In this document: in pieces, positions 18,916-29,067 of the stretch
Position numbering within the stretch: the first letter of the stretch is position 1
Layout of the letters: each line of letters begins with the position of its first letter
Virus record (IMG/VR): IMGVR_UViG_3300044490_000059
Location: 1-57,600 of that record
Strand: one strand, 5' to 3'
Origin: a virus
Lineage: Duplodnaviria > Caudoviricetes
Length of the DNA stretch: 57,600 nt
Made by a program: the position numbers and the translations under genes
The notes under the pieces: generated by a model
Told to the model about the DNA's origin: nothing
Databases searched by the model: none
The model's input: the letters and a program-made list of their open reading frames with translations, nothing else

Positions 18916-20090
18916 GGAAGAAACGCAAGATCGGCTTGCGCAAGTCCGAGTTCAGGACCCGGAAGAACTCCTCTCGGACCCGCGCCAAAACCAGTCGTAA
19001 GCGGAAGTATCCCCGCACGCAGTTCCAGCCTTCGCGTCCCTTGCCCCGGAGCAAGGAGCCTGTCTGGGACCTGGATCGGGATGGGATCACCTATAGCTCC
19101 CTCTCCCGCTTCCTGGTCTGCCCGGAACGGTTTCGCATGAGCATGGTGGAAGGTTGGTCGGAAACCGGACTCAGCGCCCCGCTGGAGTTTGGCACGGCCT
19201 TCCACCTCTGTCTGGAGTACATGGCTGCCGGGCACACGCTCCGGGAAATTCCCACCCTGCTCAGTGGCTACGTGCCCCAGCGCGCTGCGGCCAGTAAGTT
19301 GACCCCAGAGCAGATCCAGGAACTGGAGACGCTGGTGGGCATGGTGGTCGCCGTCCATGCGGGCTACGTGTCCTACTGGCAGAAGTCCGACCAATCCAAG
19401 CAGTACGTGGCGCAGGAGGAGAAGTTCGAGATCCCCTACCGGTTGCCGTCAGGGCGCACCATTAAGCTCCGAGGGCGCTGGGACGAAGCCTTCCGGGACC
19501 TGGAACAGGGTGGACTCTGGCTCCAGGAGAACAAGACCAAGGGGCAGATCGACGAGACGGGCCTGCAAGCTATGCTCAGTCAGGATCTGCAATCCATGTT
19601 CTACTGCGTAGCCCTGGCCTGCAAGTTCGGGGAGTCTCCCCAAGGCATCCTCTACAACGTCATCCGCCGACCCCAACTGCGGCAGAAGAAAGGCGAGTCC
19701 CTCGGTCAGTTTCAGGACCGGGTACAAGAGGATGTGTCCTCCCGCCCCAGTTGGTACTACATGCGGTGGCAGACTTCCCTGGAACCGGGAGACTTGGCAT
19801 ATTGGTGTTCCCGTTCCTTGCATCCCATCCTGGAAAGGTTGGTAACGTGGTGGGAAGACCTGAAGCAACACCCTTTCGATCCGTGGGGAGCCAATACCGT
19901 GGAGTGGCAAGTGCCCTGGACGGGCGAGACGATTCAGGTTCCCCGCCTGGACAATCACTTTCAGCGGCCCTTCGGGGTCTACGACTCCTTGAGCCAGGGA
20001 CAGCGCGGAGATTTCTTCGAGTTCCTGACCCGGGGCAGTCTGTACGGACTGACTCGTCGGGGAGAACCCTTCCCGGAACTGAGCGAATAA
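18912..20090 (+). CDS. PD-(D/E)XK (Cas4/RecB-like) exonuclease
   Basis: YSSLSRFLVCP, FGTAFH, LRGRWD...ENKT, QSMFY, YNVIRRP. Confidence 0.8.
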   Translation: MRKKRKIGLRKSEFRTRKNSSRTRAKTSRKRKYPRTQFQPSRPLPRSKEPVWDLDRDGITYSSLSRFLVCPERFRMSMVEGWSETGLSAPLEFGTAFHLCLEYMAAGHTLREIPTLLSGYVPQRAAASKLTPEQIQELETLVGMVVAVHAGYVSYWQKSDQSKQYVAQEEKFEIPYRLPSGRTIKLRGRWDEAFRDLEQGGLWLQENKTKGQIDETGLQAMLSQDLQSMFYCVALACKFGESPQGILYNVIRRPQLRQKKGESLGQFQDRVQEDVSSRPSWYYMRWQTSLEPGDLAYWCSRSLHPILERLVTWWEDLKQHPFDPWGANTVEWQVPWTGETIQVPRLDNHFQRPFGVYDSLSQGQRGDFFEFLTRGSLYGLTRRGEPFPELSE

Positions 20091-20104
20091 TTTGGCTCTA
20101 GCCC

Positions 20105-20132
20105 TTGACAAGAGTACCTGGGTCGATATGAT
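20105..20132 (+). promoter_or_regulatory. sigma70-like promoter
   Basis: TTGACA-16-TATGAT. Confidence 0.7.
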
Positions 20133-20168
20133 CTAGGTACAGTAATCACCTGCCCTCAGGAGTGACCC

Positions 20169-21092
20169 ATGGCTACCACCCACAAGCTGAACCGTACCGT
20201 CCGACAACGACGGAACGACTCAGCCGACCAGAAGCCCCGTCGTGAACTATCCCTACCCACCCTGGAAGACCTCAACGAAGTTTCACCGAGTTTCTTTTCC
20301 TACAACGTCTGCATTTTCGGGGAGAAGGGGGTGGGCAAGACCAGCCTCGCCTCCCAGTTTCCCCAGTCGCTGGTGTTCCAGTTTGAGCGTGGTCGCAGGA
20401 ACCTTCCCATCCGGCAGATCCCACGCCGGTTGTCGGACGGGACTCTGGAGCCACCGCTTTCCTGGGACGAAATCGACAAGCCCTGCACACCTTTCCTGCC
20501 CCTCCTCTTGATGGCAATAGAAGAACCTACCATCCAGACCATCGTGGTGGACACGGTTGACAGGATGTACGAAGCGTGTTTCGACTACTGCTGTTGGGAG
20601 GAGGGGGTTAAACACCCCAGTGCTGCTGACGAAGGGCATCAGGTCTGGAACAAGATCAAGCAACAATTTGAAGGTGCGCTGGGCATGGTGCAGGACGCAG
20701 GCAAGCAACTGGTCCTGATCTCCCATGCCCGAGAGAAGGAGATCATCTCCCGTCTGGGTGCCGAGTACACCATCGTCTGTGCCACCTGCACCCCGACTGC
20801 CTGGAAGACCATCCAGACCATCTGCGACTTCGTGTTCTACTACGGGTTCTACGGTTCCCGTCGCGCCCTGAAAGTCCAAGGGGACGATCAGATCGTGTGC
20901 AGCAATCAGGTCCCGGGGCATTTCTGCTCCCCAGAGGGAGAGCCTCTGGAACTGCTGGACATGGGACACAATCCCGAAGAAGCCTTCCAGTCCTTGCTGG
21001 CGGGCTTCAACAACCACTGTTACGACTTGCAAGGTAAGCAATCGAGTACCACCACACCTACCCCCAAGAGGAGAAAGAAGAGCCATGGCTAA
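20169..21092 (+). CDS. AAA_24 / Sak4-like ATPase (recombinase)
   Basis: GEKGVGKTSLA, TIVVDTVD, LVLISH, CDFVFY. Confidence 0.8.
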   Translation: MATTHKLNRTVRQRRNDSADQKPRRELSLPTLEDLNEVSPSFFSYNVCIFGEKGVGKTSLASQFPQSLVFQFERGRRNLPIRQIPRRLSDGTLEPPLSWDEIDKPCTPFLPLLLMAIEEPTIQTIVVDTVDRMYEACFDYCCWEEGVKHPSAADEGHQVWNKIKQQFEGALGMVQDAGKQLVLISHAREKEIISRLGAEYTIVCATCTPTAWKTIQTICDFVFYYGFYGSRRALKVQGDDQIVCSNQVPGHFCSPEGEPLELLDMGHNPEEAFQSLLAGFNNHCYDLQGKQSSTTTPTPKRRKKSHG

Positions 21093-22110
21093 GACCAATC
21101 AGAGTGGCAAGTCCCAGACTGGCACCACCCGTAAGGACTTCCTCAATGCCGCCAAGCGCCTCCGGGAAGCCTGGAACAAGGCCCGGAAGGTCAAGGACAG
21201 CGGAGGTGCCGCCAATACCCGTAAGATCATCGAGGTCCTGGACCTGGGTGACGGGGATCGCCTGAACATCGTAGCGCGCCTCCACGAGGTGCGCTGTGGC
21301 AAGGACAAGAAGAACAACCCCTACGTCTCCTTCGCCTTCACCGGCACCCGAGGCAAGTCCAAGGGTCTCAAGTTCGACATCTTTCGCGGCCTGGGCGAGC
21401 GCAAGTTCAAGTCCGGGGATACGGTTTCCGCCGAGGAAGCCATGGAGCGTTTGTTTGTGGACCTCCAACGGCTGGACTATGATACGGACGGCCTGGAGCT
21501 GGACGAGGAGTTCTTCGACATCCTGGACGAACTTACCAAGGAGAAGCCCTTGGTACAGCTCTCCGTGGGTCGCTCCGGGGAGTTTGTGAACACGTACCTC
21601 AACAAACGACTGGAGGCAGACGGTGAGCCGGAAACATCGGAGACGACAGAAGAGGCGGGAGACGATGACGAGGATGGACCCGATGTGCCTGCTGACGAGG
21701 AGGACGATGACGACGGCGACTCTGAGGCCGACGACGACTCCGCAGACGATCAGCCTGTTTCTGCGCGGGGGCGAAAAGCTGCTGCCGGAGCAGGAAAGGG
21801 CGCTGCTGGAGCTGAAAAGCGAGGTGCTCCAGTAGACCCGGACGATGATGATGACGATGATTCCGACGACTCCGACTCCGACGACGATGATGACGACGCC
21901 GATGACAGCGGCGAGTCGGAAGAGTCGGAGGATCCGGCCAAGGACGACGCGGTGATGTACCAGCCCAAGGGCTCCAAGTCCCCTGTGGAGTGCCAAGTGG
22001 TTTCCGTCAACAAGGCTGCCCGGACGGCCTCTGTACGTCGGCTGGAAGACGGCAAAGAGTTCAAAGGTGTCTCCTGGGACAAGCTGGAGGTGATCTTCGA
22101 GGAGGACTGA
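21085..22110 (+). CDS. putative single-stranded DNA-binding protein with long acidic tract
   Basis: Follows the Sak4-like gene; OB-like N-terminal half; D/E-rich tract. Confidence 0.55.
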   Translation: MAKTNQSGKSQTGTTRKDFLNAAKRLREAWNKARKVKDSGGAANTRKIIEVLDLGDGDRLNIVARLHEVRCGKDKKNNPYVSFAFTGTRGKSKGLKFDIFRGLGERKFKSGDTVSAEEAMERLFVDLQRLDYDTDGLELDEEFFDILDELTKEKPLVQLSVGRSGEFVNTYLNKRLEADGEPETSETTEEAGDDDEDGPDVPADEEDDDDGDSEADDDSADDQPVSARGRKAAAGAGKGAAGAEKRGAPVDPDDDDDDDSDDSDSDDDDDDADDSGESEESEDPAKDDAVMYQPKGSKSPVECQVVSVNKAARTASVRRLEDGKEFKGVSWDKLEVIFEED

Positions 22111-22150
22111 TTTTTCCCACGCTATCGTAGGTGTTGTGGCCTTCCGTGAG

Positions 22151-22187
22151 ACCCTACCCGGTTGTCAGTGGCCGGGTAGGGTTTTTT
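22151..22187 (+). terminator. intrinsic terminator
   Basis: ACCCTACCCGG/CCGGGTAGGGT stem followed by a T-run. Confidence 0.8.
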
Positions 22188-22216
22188 CACTTCCCTCAGA
22201 TGCAGGAAGCTACGCC

Positions 22217-24226
22217 ATGCCTCACCCGGAGTTTATTGCCCTGGACACAGAATGTACGGGGCCCGACTTTGTTCACGGCTGCCAACCCTTCTTCGTCTCC
22301 ACCATGGACTCCGATGGTTGCCAGGAATGGTGGCGATTCGATGTCAACCCTTACACCCGCCTCATAGAGCACTACCACAAGAGCGCAGTGCGTCTGATCC
22401 GCAAGCGACTACAGAACGCGGGCAAGATCGTCTTTCACAACGCTACCTTCGACATCCAGGCGCTCAACTGCCTGGGTATCACTTGGACCCAGGATCTCTG
22501 GGACAAAACCCACGACACGCTACTCTCGGCGCATGTCCTGGACTCCAGTGAACCGCACGGCCTGAAGTACCTGGGCAAGAAATACCTGGGCATCTCCACC
22601 GAGGATGAACAGATACTCCTCAGAGAGGTTGCTAAGGCGCGTGCTATCGCCAAGAAGCGTGGCTATCGTCGGGCGGAAGTGGGTGACCCTCACTTCCCCA
22701 CCCAGTCCTCGGGGTTCCTGAAGATGGACTCCTGGCTGCCAGCCACGATTGCTCGCCTGAATTTCCAGGAGTATCCGCCCACCCATCTCTGGCACACTGT
22801 CCTGGACAAGTACGCCTGCTTGGACGCCGAACGCACAGCGCTCCTGTTCTATCTCCACCAGGAAACCCTGCTCGATGAGGGTTTGCTGGAACAGTACGAG
22901 CGGGAGCGACAGCTATTGTCTGCCGTCTACTCCCTGGAACTGCGCGGGGTGTCTCTGCGCCGCAGAGCCTGCCGCCGCGAACGCCACCGTTATCGCAAGA
23001 TCGTGCTCCGTTCCGAACTGGGGTGCCAGCAGATCGCGCGCTCCGTGGGCAAGCCTCAGCTGAATGTCCGCAGCCACCCTCAGATCCGGGAGTTTCTCTA
23101 CCAAACCCTGAAGCTCCCGGAGATTTCCTGGACTGACTCCGGCGCTCCCTCCACGGACGCCAAGGTTCTGCAAGAGCTGTTCGAGGACAAATGCTCTTCG
23201 CACAGTCTGGCGCACGACTTCTTGCAGGAGCTGATTAACTTCCGCAAGTACACCACTGCCGAGAACTACCTGCGCAACTACGTGCATAGTGCCTGCTACG
23301 AGCATCCCGGCTGGGTGCTGCACCCCAACTTCAATCAGGTGGGCACCCGCACCACCCGCTTCAGCTGCTCCAATCCCAATGCCCATAACGTCGGCAAGGG
23401 AGAGTCTTGGGGTGACGGTGACCCAGAAGCATCCCAGTCCTCACAGAAGGAGTTTCAGCTCCGCAAGGTTTTCGGACCCCACCCCGGCAGAGTCTGGGTT
23501 TCCATGGACTATTCCAACCAGGAGCTGCGCATCGCGGCCTACTCAGCCCAGGAGCAGGAACTGATCCAGGCGTTCGAGAGTGGAGTTTCCGTCCACCTGA
23601 TTATCGCCCAGGAGCTGTTTGGCAGTTGGGTGACCAAGGAGTCCGAAGTCTATGACCGGGTGAAGTCGGGCAACTTTGCCATGATCTACGGAGCCACCGT
23701 GGGCACCGTGGACGCCACCTACGGTCTGGAAGGCGGCTATCAGAAGGTGATGTCCCGCTTCCAGAATTTATCCCGCAGTATGGAGGAGAAAGTACTACTG
23801 GCGGAACAGTACGGCTACATCACCACCTTAGGAGGCTATCACTTGGGGGTGGACCTGAGTGACCGCACCTGGAAGCAGAAGCCCTACAACTACTTCATCC
23901 AGGGTAGTGCTGGCGAGATGATGAAGGAGGCTATCCGCAGCTGCCATGCCTACCTGGAGCAGGAGTTCAACGAACCCTCTCGGTATCCCCTGCCCCGACC
24001 TCCAGCCTTCATCACCATGACCATTCACGATGAACTGGTCTTTGACCTGGATGTCCACCTCCTGCAAGATCGTCCCCAGACCGTGGACTGTCTCCGACAA
24101 CTGATGGAATCCGCTGCCCAATGGCTGGGAATCCCTGTCCCAGTCTCCGTGTCCCTCATTACCCACGACTGGTCGCAGAAAACACCCTGGCAACCTACCC
24201 AAGGAGTCCAAAATGCCTCGACGTAA
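22217..24226 (+). CDS. polA: DNA polymerase family A with 3'-5' exonuclease
   Basis: ALDTECTG, FHNATFD, YACLDA; DYSNQELR (motif A), KSGNFAMIYG (motif B), IHDEL (motif C); start moved downstream of the terminator. Confidence 0.92.
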   Translation: MPHPEFIALDTECTGPDFVHGCQPFFVSTMDSDGCQEWWRFDVNPYTRLIEHYHKSAVRLIRKRLQNAGKIVFHNATFDIQALNCLGITWTQDLWDKTHDTLLSAHVLDSSEPHGLKYLGKKYLGISTEDEQILLREVAKARAIAKKRGYRRAEVGDPHFPTQSSGFLKMDSWLPATIARLNFQEYPPTHLWHTVLDKYACLDAERTALLFYLHQETLLDEGLLEQYERERQLLSAVYSLELRGVSLRRRACRRERHRYRKIVLRSELGCQQIARSVGKPQLNVRSHPQIREFLYQTLKLPEISWTDSGAPSTDAKVLQELFEDKCSSHSLAHDFLQELINFRKYTTAENYLRNYVHSACYEHPGWVLHPNFNQVGTRTTRFSCSNPNAHNVGKGESWGDGDPEASQSSQKEFQLRKVFGPHPGRVWVSMDYSNQELRIAAYSAQEQELIQAFESGVSVHLIIAQELFGSWVTKESEVYDRVKSGNFAMIYGATVGTVDATYGLEGGYQKVMSRFQNLSRSMEEKVLLAEQYGYITTLGGYHLGVDLSDRTWKQKPYNYFIQGSAGEMMKEAIRSCHAYLEQEFNEPSRYPLPRPPAFITMTIHDELVFDLDVHLLQDRPQTVDCLRQLMESAAQWLGIPVPVSVSLITHDWSQKTPWQPTQGVQNAST

Positions 24227-26549
24227 GGAACAACCGGATCGTTCCCCCCTCGAAGTCCTGCGATTCCACGGTGTCATTTTCTCCAGAGAAGACCAGCACC
24301 AGTGGCAAGGTCATTGCCCCTTTTGCCTGTCAGAGGAGCACTTCTTCGCCAACCCGGAAACCGGCCAGTGGGATTGCAAGGTCTGCCAGGAGTCGGGTAA
24401 CGCCTACAGCTTCCTGGAGAAGCACTACCTACGGTGCCTGGAAGCTACCACCGAGGAGAACTATCGCCAGCTGTCCGCATTGCGGGATCTTCCCTGGAAG
24501 GTCTTCCTGCGTCAGGCACTAGCCTGGGATCCCATCCAGGAGCGCTGGCTGATCCCGGTTCGCAATGGTGGGGGCAGGCTGGTCAACTTGAGAGTCTGGG
24601 ACCCGTCCCCGGAGTCGGAGATCCACCACCAGGGGCGGAAGCTCCTGGGGACCACGGGCTGCAAACTCCACCTGTTCCAAGCCTATCCCACTCCAGTAAC
24701 GGACCCCTTACAGCCCGTTTCTGACTCCAACCCAGCCATTCCTTGGAATACCAAGGGACCCGTCTACCTCTGCGAGGGGGAATGGGACGCTATGGCCTGG
24801 GACTACCTCCTGCGTGGCGCAATTTCTGCTGATCCTACGTGCCATCCCGGCGCATACACGATCCTGGGCGTCCCAGGAGCCGGTTTTCTCTCCAGCAAGA
24901 AAATCTCTGAGCTACGGACTGCGTTCGCGGGCTTGGATGTCATATTTCTGTTCGACCATGACCAGCCACGGGAGGTCTCACCGGCTACGGACTCTCGACC
25001 GGCGAGGATTGTGCAACCTGGGAAAGATGGGATGACTAAAGCCTGTGAGTTGTTATCCAGCACGGCTCCCTCTCCCAGCAAGCTCCGGTGGTTGGATTGG
25101 GACCCAGAGAAGCATCCTCTGATCGGGGAGGAGAAATGCGACATCCGGGATTACATTTCCCGTTGGGCGCAGGAGTACGGGAAGGACTCCAAGCCGGATT
25201 GTCTGAAGACCATCCAGCAGCAGTTGGCTTTCTGGAAGATCCCGGAAGACAACCTGCCTCGTGCCACCGAAGCCTACCGTCCCACGGTCATCCGTACCAA
25301 ACTGCCGGAAGTGCTTCAGGATTTCCGGGAACAGCTCTACACTGACTCGTCCTTCACTGATGCCATCCGACTGGCAACGGCCTGCGTGTTCTCCATCGAG
25401 ATTCCGGGAGATCCCATCTGGATGTTCCTGGTAGGTTCCCCTGGTTCTGGCAAGACCACGCTGGTGGAAGGTTTTGGGCGTTCCAACCAGCATGTGGAGG
25501 CGCTCTCCAAGGTCACCAGCAAGAGTTTGGTTTCCGGCTGGCGTACTGATGATGGGGAGGATGTCTCCTTCCTGCCGCTCTTGGATCGCAAGACACTGGT
25601 GGTCAAGGATTACACAGCCGTGCTCTCCCTACCCACCCAGGTCCAGGAGGAGTTGTACGGGATGCTGCGGGACATCTACGACGGGGTGGTGAGGGTGCCC
25701 TACGGCAACAACCAGATGCGGTTCTATCCCGACCTGACCTTCTCTTGCCTGTTCGCGGTTACCGATGAGATTCACCGGGATAACCGCAGTACGCTGGGAG
25801 AGCGCTTCCTCAAGGTGGAACTGCTAGGATCAGGCCACAATGAAGCTGCCCACATCGCCTCAGCCATCGAGGGATTTTCCCGCAAGAAGGATCGAGGCAA
25901 GATCCTCATGGATTCCCTGGTCAGCTTCCTGGATCACACCAAGGAGCGTTTCCGTAGTCACCCGGAGCGTCTGCCAGAAGTCCCAGAACATCTGAAACAA
26001 CGCTTGATTGCCCTGGTACGGATTATTTCCGCACTACGCACAGGGATAGCACGGGAACGGGATGGTGGGTTGCTCTACCGCACCCGTCCTGAGATTGGTT
26101 CCCGGTTGGCTACCCAGCTGGTGAAGCTGGGAATGTCCTTGGCGATCATGGACGATGTGCCGGAGATCACCGCAGAGCACTACCGTCTGCTCCAGAAGGT
26201 AGCCTTCGACACAGCTTGTGGGTTTCCCCTGGAGATTGCCAGAGAGCTGTCCCAGGTGGAATACCTGCTTACGGAAGACCTTCTGCATCGGCTACAGATC
26301 CCCATGAGCAGCTTGTCCCGTCGTCTGACGGACATGCAGACGTTGGGAGTGCTGGAGCAGCGCCGAGTGGATCGAGCGGGGAGGGGACGCAAGCCGGATT
26401 CCTGGAGACTGTCCGACAAGGTGCGCAGTCTCTGGGAGGCTGCCCAGATCAATGAGGAGGTGGTGGCTCAGGCTCCCCATCCTCCAGAGGGTCCCCGGAG
26501 GGTGCGCAGGCATCACCGACGCAAGTTGGGAGTCTACAGCCGAGGGTAG
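24213..26549 (+). CDS. primase-helicase: CHC2 Zn finger + TOPRIM + AAA+ (MCM-like) + winged helix
   Basis: CPFC...CKVC, LCEGEWDA, FDHD, DIRD, GSPGSGKTT, LRDIYDG, GERFL. Confidence 0.8.
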   Translation: MPRRKEQPDRSPLEVLRFHGVIFSREDQHQWQGHCPFCLSEEHFFANPETGQWDCKVCQESGNAYSFLEKHYLRCLEATTEENYRQLSALRDLPWKVFLRQALAWDPIQERWLIPVRNGGGRLVNLRVWDPSPESEIHHQGRKLLGTTGCKLHLFQAYPTPVTDPLQPVSDSNPAIPWNTKGPVYLCEGEWDAMAWDYLLRGAISADPTCHPGAYTILGVPGAGFLSSKKISELRTAFAGLDVIFLFDHDQPREVSPATDSRPARIVQPGKDGMTKACELLSSTAPSPSKLRWLDWDPEKHPLIGEEKCDIRDYISRWAQEYGKDSKPDCLKTIQQQLAFWKIPEDNLPRATEAYRPTVIRTKLPEVLQDFREQLYTDSSFTDAIRLATACVFSIEIPGDPIWMFLVGSPGSGKTTLVEGFGRSNQHVEALSKVTSKSLVSGWRTDDGEDVSFLPLLDRKTLVVKDYTAVLSLPTQVQEELYGMLRDIYDGVVRVPYGNNQMRFYPDLTFSCLFAVTDEIHRDNRSTLGERFLKVELLGSGHNEAAHIASAIEGFSRKKDRGKILMDSLVSFLDHTKERFRSHPERLPEVPEHLKQRLIALVRIISALRTGIARERDGGLLYRTRPEIGSRLATQLVKLGMSLAIMDDVPEITAEHYRLLQKVAFDTACGFPLEIARELSQVEYLLTEDLLHRLQIPMSSLSRRLTDMQTLGVLEQRRVDRAGRGRKPDSWRLSDKVRSLWEAAQINEEVVAQAPHPPEGPRRVRRHHRRKLGVYSRG

Positions 26550-26555
26550 TCCAGA

Positions 26556-26584
26556 TTGACAAGGAGTTGCTCCAGGATTATACT
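26556..26584 (+). promoter_or_regulatory. sigma70-like promoter
   Basis: TTGACA-17-TATACT. Confidence 0.75.
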
Positions 26585-26638
26585 CCGGTGGCACACACGA
26601 GCCCCCAGTCCTACCAACTAATTTCAAGTGAGGAGCCC

Positions 26639-27556
26639 ATGGAACCTACCCCCAAGCCCTGGTACACCAGCAAGCTCATCTGGGTCAATCTGATTACTGC
26701 CGCGATTTCCATGTTGGCAGCACTGCAAGGAGCGGAACTCATCAAGGAGTTTCCCCATTCCGTGGCGGTAGTGGGCTTCATTATCGCCTTCCTGAATATC
26801 ATACTCCGGCTCATTACCAACCAACCAGTTACCCTGAGAACACCACCGGCTCCACTGGTCTTGCCGGTCCTGCTCTGTGTCATCTTGGGGGCCGATACCT
26901 GCTGGGCCCAGAGGGCTAAGGCTACCCTGACGGGGCCTAAGGAGGTGATTTCGGGAGACATCATCAAAATTGATGGCTCCCAAAGCGAAGGCACCTCCTT
27001 CGCCTGGAAACTGGTGAATCCTGACCGGCCTGACCGGGCTTTTTTTCCCGGTGAGCGTAACACGTACATTCTGTTCAGCGCCGGGGTCTTGCAAGAGCGG
27101 GTGTTCACCTTCTGCTTCGTCGCAGCGGGGGTCAACCCGAACGGAGGTGCGGAAAGCGACATCGCCTTCCACGACTTGCTCGTCAAGCCCTTGTACGCAC
27201 CAGCACCGGTCACTCCGGTTACCCCTGTTACGCCGCCTGTTACGCCGGTAAACCCTCCTCAACCCCCGGCAGGGAAGGTCACGGGGGTAGTGTTGCTGTG
27301 GGAGACAGCGGATTCGACTCAGCAGCAGCAAGCCCTGTTACTGGCTCTCCGGGGGGACGAACGGATCAGCAAGGTAGTGACAGCGCTGGACAAGGACGCC
27401 GAGAATCGACCGCTAGTGGACAAGCTCACCAAGTTTCTCGGCGGAAAACCACTACCACGACTAATCGCTCTCGGAGAATCTGGCCCCGTCTTTTCCGTTG
27501 AAGTGCCTTCCAACCTGGAAGACCTGCGCACACTCCTCCAGACCTGGGGACTCTGA
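26639..27556 (+). CDS. holin-like membrane protein fused to exported beta/PKD-like and alpha/beta domains
   Basis: KPWYTSKLIWVN holin-type start; two TM helices; third hydrophobic segment ending CWA; PVT-repeat linker; GAGGAG RBS. Confidence 0.55.
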   Translation: MEPTPKPWYTSKLIWVNLITAAISMLAALQGAELIKEFPHSVAVVGFIIAFLNIILRLITNQPVTLRTPPAPLVLPVLLCVILGADTCWAQRAKATLTGPKEVISGDIIKIDGSQSEGTSFAWKLVNPDRPDRAFFPGERNTYILFSAGVLQERVFTFCFVAAGVNPNGGAESDIAFHDLLVKPLYAPAPVTPVTPVTPPVTPVNPPQPPAGKVTGVVLLWETADSTQQQQALLLALRGDERISKVVTALDKDAENRPLVDKLTKFLGGKPLPRLIALGESGPVFSVEVPSNLEDLRTLLQTWGL

Positions 27557-27557
27557 C

Positions 27558-28457
27558 ATGCCCGTGGATCACGACTACACCAGCCCGGACTTTGCTCGGT
27601 TCCCCAGTGAGTTTCTGGATGTCCCCGATTTCAGCGTCATGGCTGAGGAGGGTGGCTTCGAGTGTGGCATGATCCCCGACCCTGATGAGTTGGAGCAGCT
27701 GATATTAGCCCGTCCCTTCCGGGAGCGCATGGCACTCATCCCAGAGGATGAATGGCCGGAGCGGATCGCAGACATCGACAACTCGCCCCATGGCTGGCTG
27801 GAGCGTCTGATCCGCAAGATCAAAGCCCAGTTGAGGGAAGGCTCCTGTGTCTATAACGCTGCTGGGCAGGGCTTGGAGCTGGCCTCCATCAAGACCATGG
27901 GAGCGGATTACTGGGTAGAGCTGAGCGCCATCAGCGGTTACCGCTGGAATGCCGCTGGTCCTCGTACCGGCTCCAATGTCGGGCAGTCCCTGAACCACAT
28001 CCGGGAAGTGGGCTTGCTGCCCGTCAACAGCGAACGTAACAAGGAGCTGCTCCAGCAAGGGAAATTCCAGCATACCCATCCTGCGACTGGCTATTACAAC
28101 AAGTTCCAGCCGGGTTGGCAGACCACTGCCAAGATGTTCCGGGTCCGGGAGTGGTTGAAGCTGGGTTCCGTGGAGGAGTGGGTTTCCGCTCAGTTGCAAG
28201 GGTTGCCTTGCATCGGTGGGCGGGACCGGCATTGCATTTGTCATGTCCGACCCCTGATGAAGTCTGGTCGCCCCAACAGCCTGTATGTCAACAGCTGGGG
28301 TGTCCAGTGGGGTCTGACTTACCGGATTGCCACGGGTGAGTCCCGTGGTTTTGGTGTGGATTCCCTCAGCAAGATCGCCACCATGGTGGGACGAGGGGCC
28401 TACGCCATTCGAGATGTGTACCTGCTGCCCTGGCACCCGTTGTACTTGGCAGTCTAA
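27558..28457 (+). CDS. papain-like (C1 family) cysteine peptidase
   Basis: Q.REGSCVYNA (catalytic Cys), HCI (His), VNSWGVQWG (Asn). Confidence 0.8.
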   Translation: MPVDHDYTSPDFARFPSEFLDVPDFSVMAEEGGFECGMIPDPDELEQLILARPFRERMALIPEDEWPERIADIDNSPHGWLERLIRKIKAQLREGSCVYNAAGQGLELASIKTMGADYWVELSAISGYRWNAAGPRTGSNVGQSLNHIREVGLLPVNSERNKELLQQGKFQHTHPATGYYNKFQPGWQTTAKMFRVREWLKLGSVEEWVSAQLQGLPCIGGRDRHCICHVRPLMKSGRPNSLYVNSWGVQWGLTYRIATGESRGFGVDSLSKIATMVGRGAYAIRDVYLLPWHPLYLAV

Positions 28458-28478
28458 CCACCTATCAGGAGTTAAGTC

Positions 28479-28718
28479 ATGAACGTAGCCAAGAGGATCC
28501 GGTTGGGGATTACCCTCCCCAACCTCATCGCCAAAGCCCAAGAGCTGAAGGCCGATAACAAGGAAGTAACCCCCGAATCCTTGTTGAGTGCCATGCTGGA
28601 TGACCCCCAGGTTTCCGGTGCCCTCAAGGGTGACCTGGATGGCCTGGATTGGGAAGCACTCCTGGACTTCGTAATCAAGTTCCTGCCCCTGATCCTGAAG
28701 ATCGTGGCCTTGATCTGA
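28479..28718 (+). CDS. small protein with C-terminal hydrophobic/amphipathic helix
   Basis: DWEALLDFVIKFLPLILKIVALI; AGGAG RBS. Confidence 0.65.
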   Translation: MNVAKRIRLGITLPNLIAKAQELKADNKEVTPESLLSAMLDDPQVSGALKGDLDGLDWEALLDFVIKFLPLILKIVALI

Positions 28719-28781
28719 ACTTGCCCCACCCTCCCTCGAAACCACCACCGATTTTTTCCGCCTTAAACAGGGGTAGGTATC

Positions 28782-29000
28782 ATGATTCTGGTCTATCAGG
28801 ACGAGGACAAGCACTGGCGTTGGCAGGTGACTGCCAAGAACAAGCGGGTACTGGCTAACAGCGCCGAAGGCTACAAGCGCCGCATCGACTGCGTACGCGC
28901 GCTCCAGTCAGTACGGCTCCTGCTCAACAACCACTTGGCGCAGGTGGAGGAGCAGTTACGGGAGAGTTCCCGCAGCCGCAAAGCCTCTTCCAAGAGCTGA
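28782..29000 (+). CDS. DUF1508/YegP-like protein
   Basis: WRWQVTAKNKRVLANSAEGYKRRIDC. Confidence 0.8.
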   Translation: MILVYQDEDKHWRWQVTAKNKRVLANSAEGYKRRIDCVRALQSVRLLLNNHLAQVEEQLRESSRSRKASSKS

Positions 29001-29067
29001 CTACCCATTCCGGGCTTCAGTTCGCAGTTAGCGAACATCTGGAAGAACATCCTCATCAGTTAGCAGC

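Noticed and set aside
18912-20090. Cas4 as part of a CRISPR system
   Set aside because: The context is a replication/recombination module; this is a stand-alone phage exonuclease
22136-22216. ORF-track start for the DNA polymerase
   Set aside because: The extension runs through an intrinsic terminator; ATG 22217 directly precedes the ExoI motif
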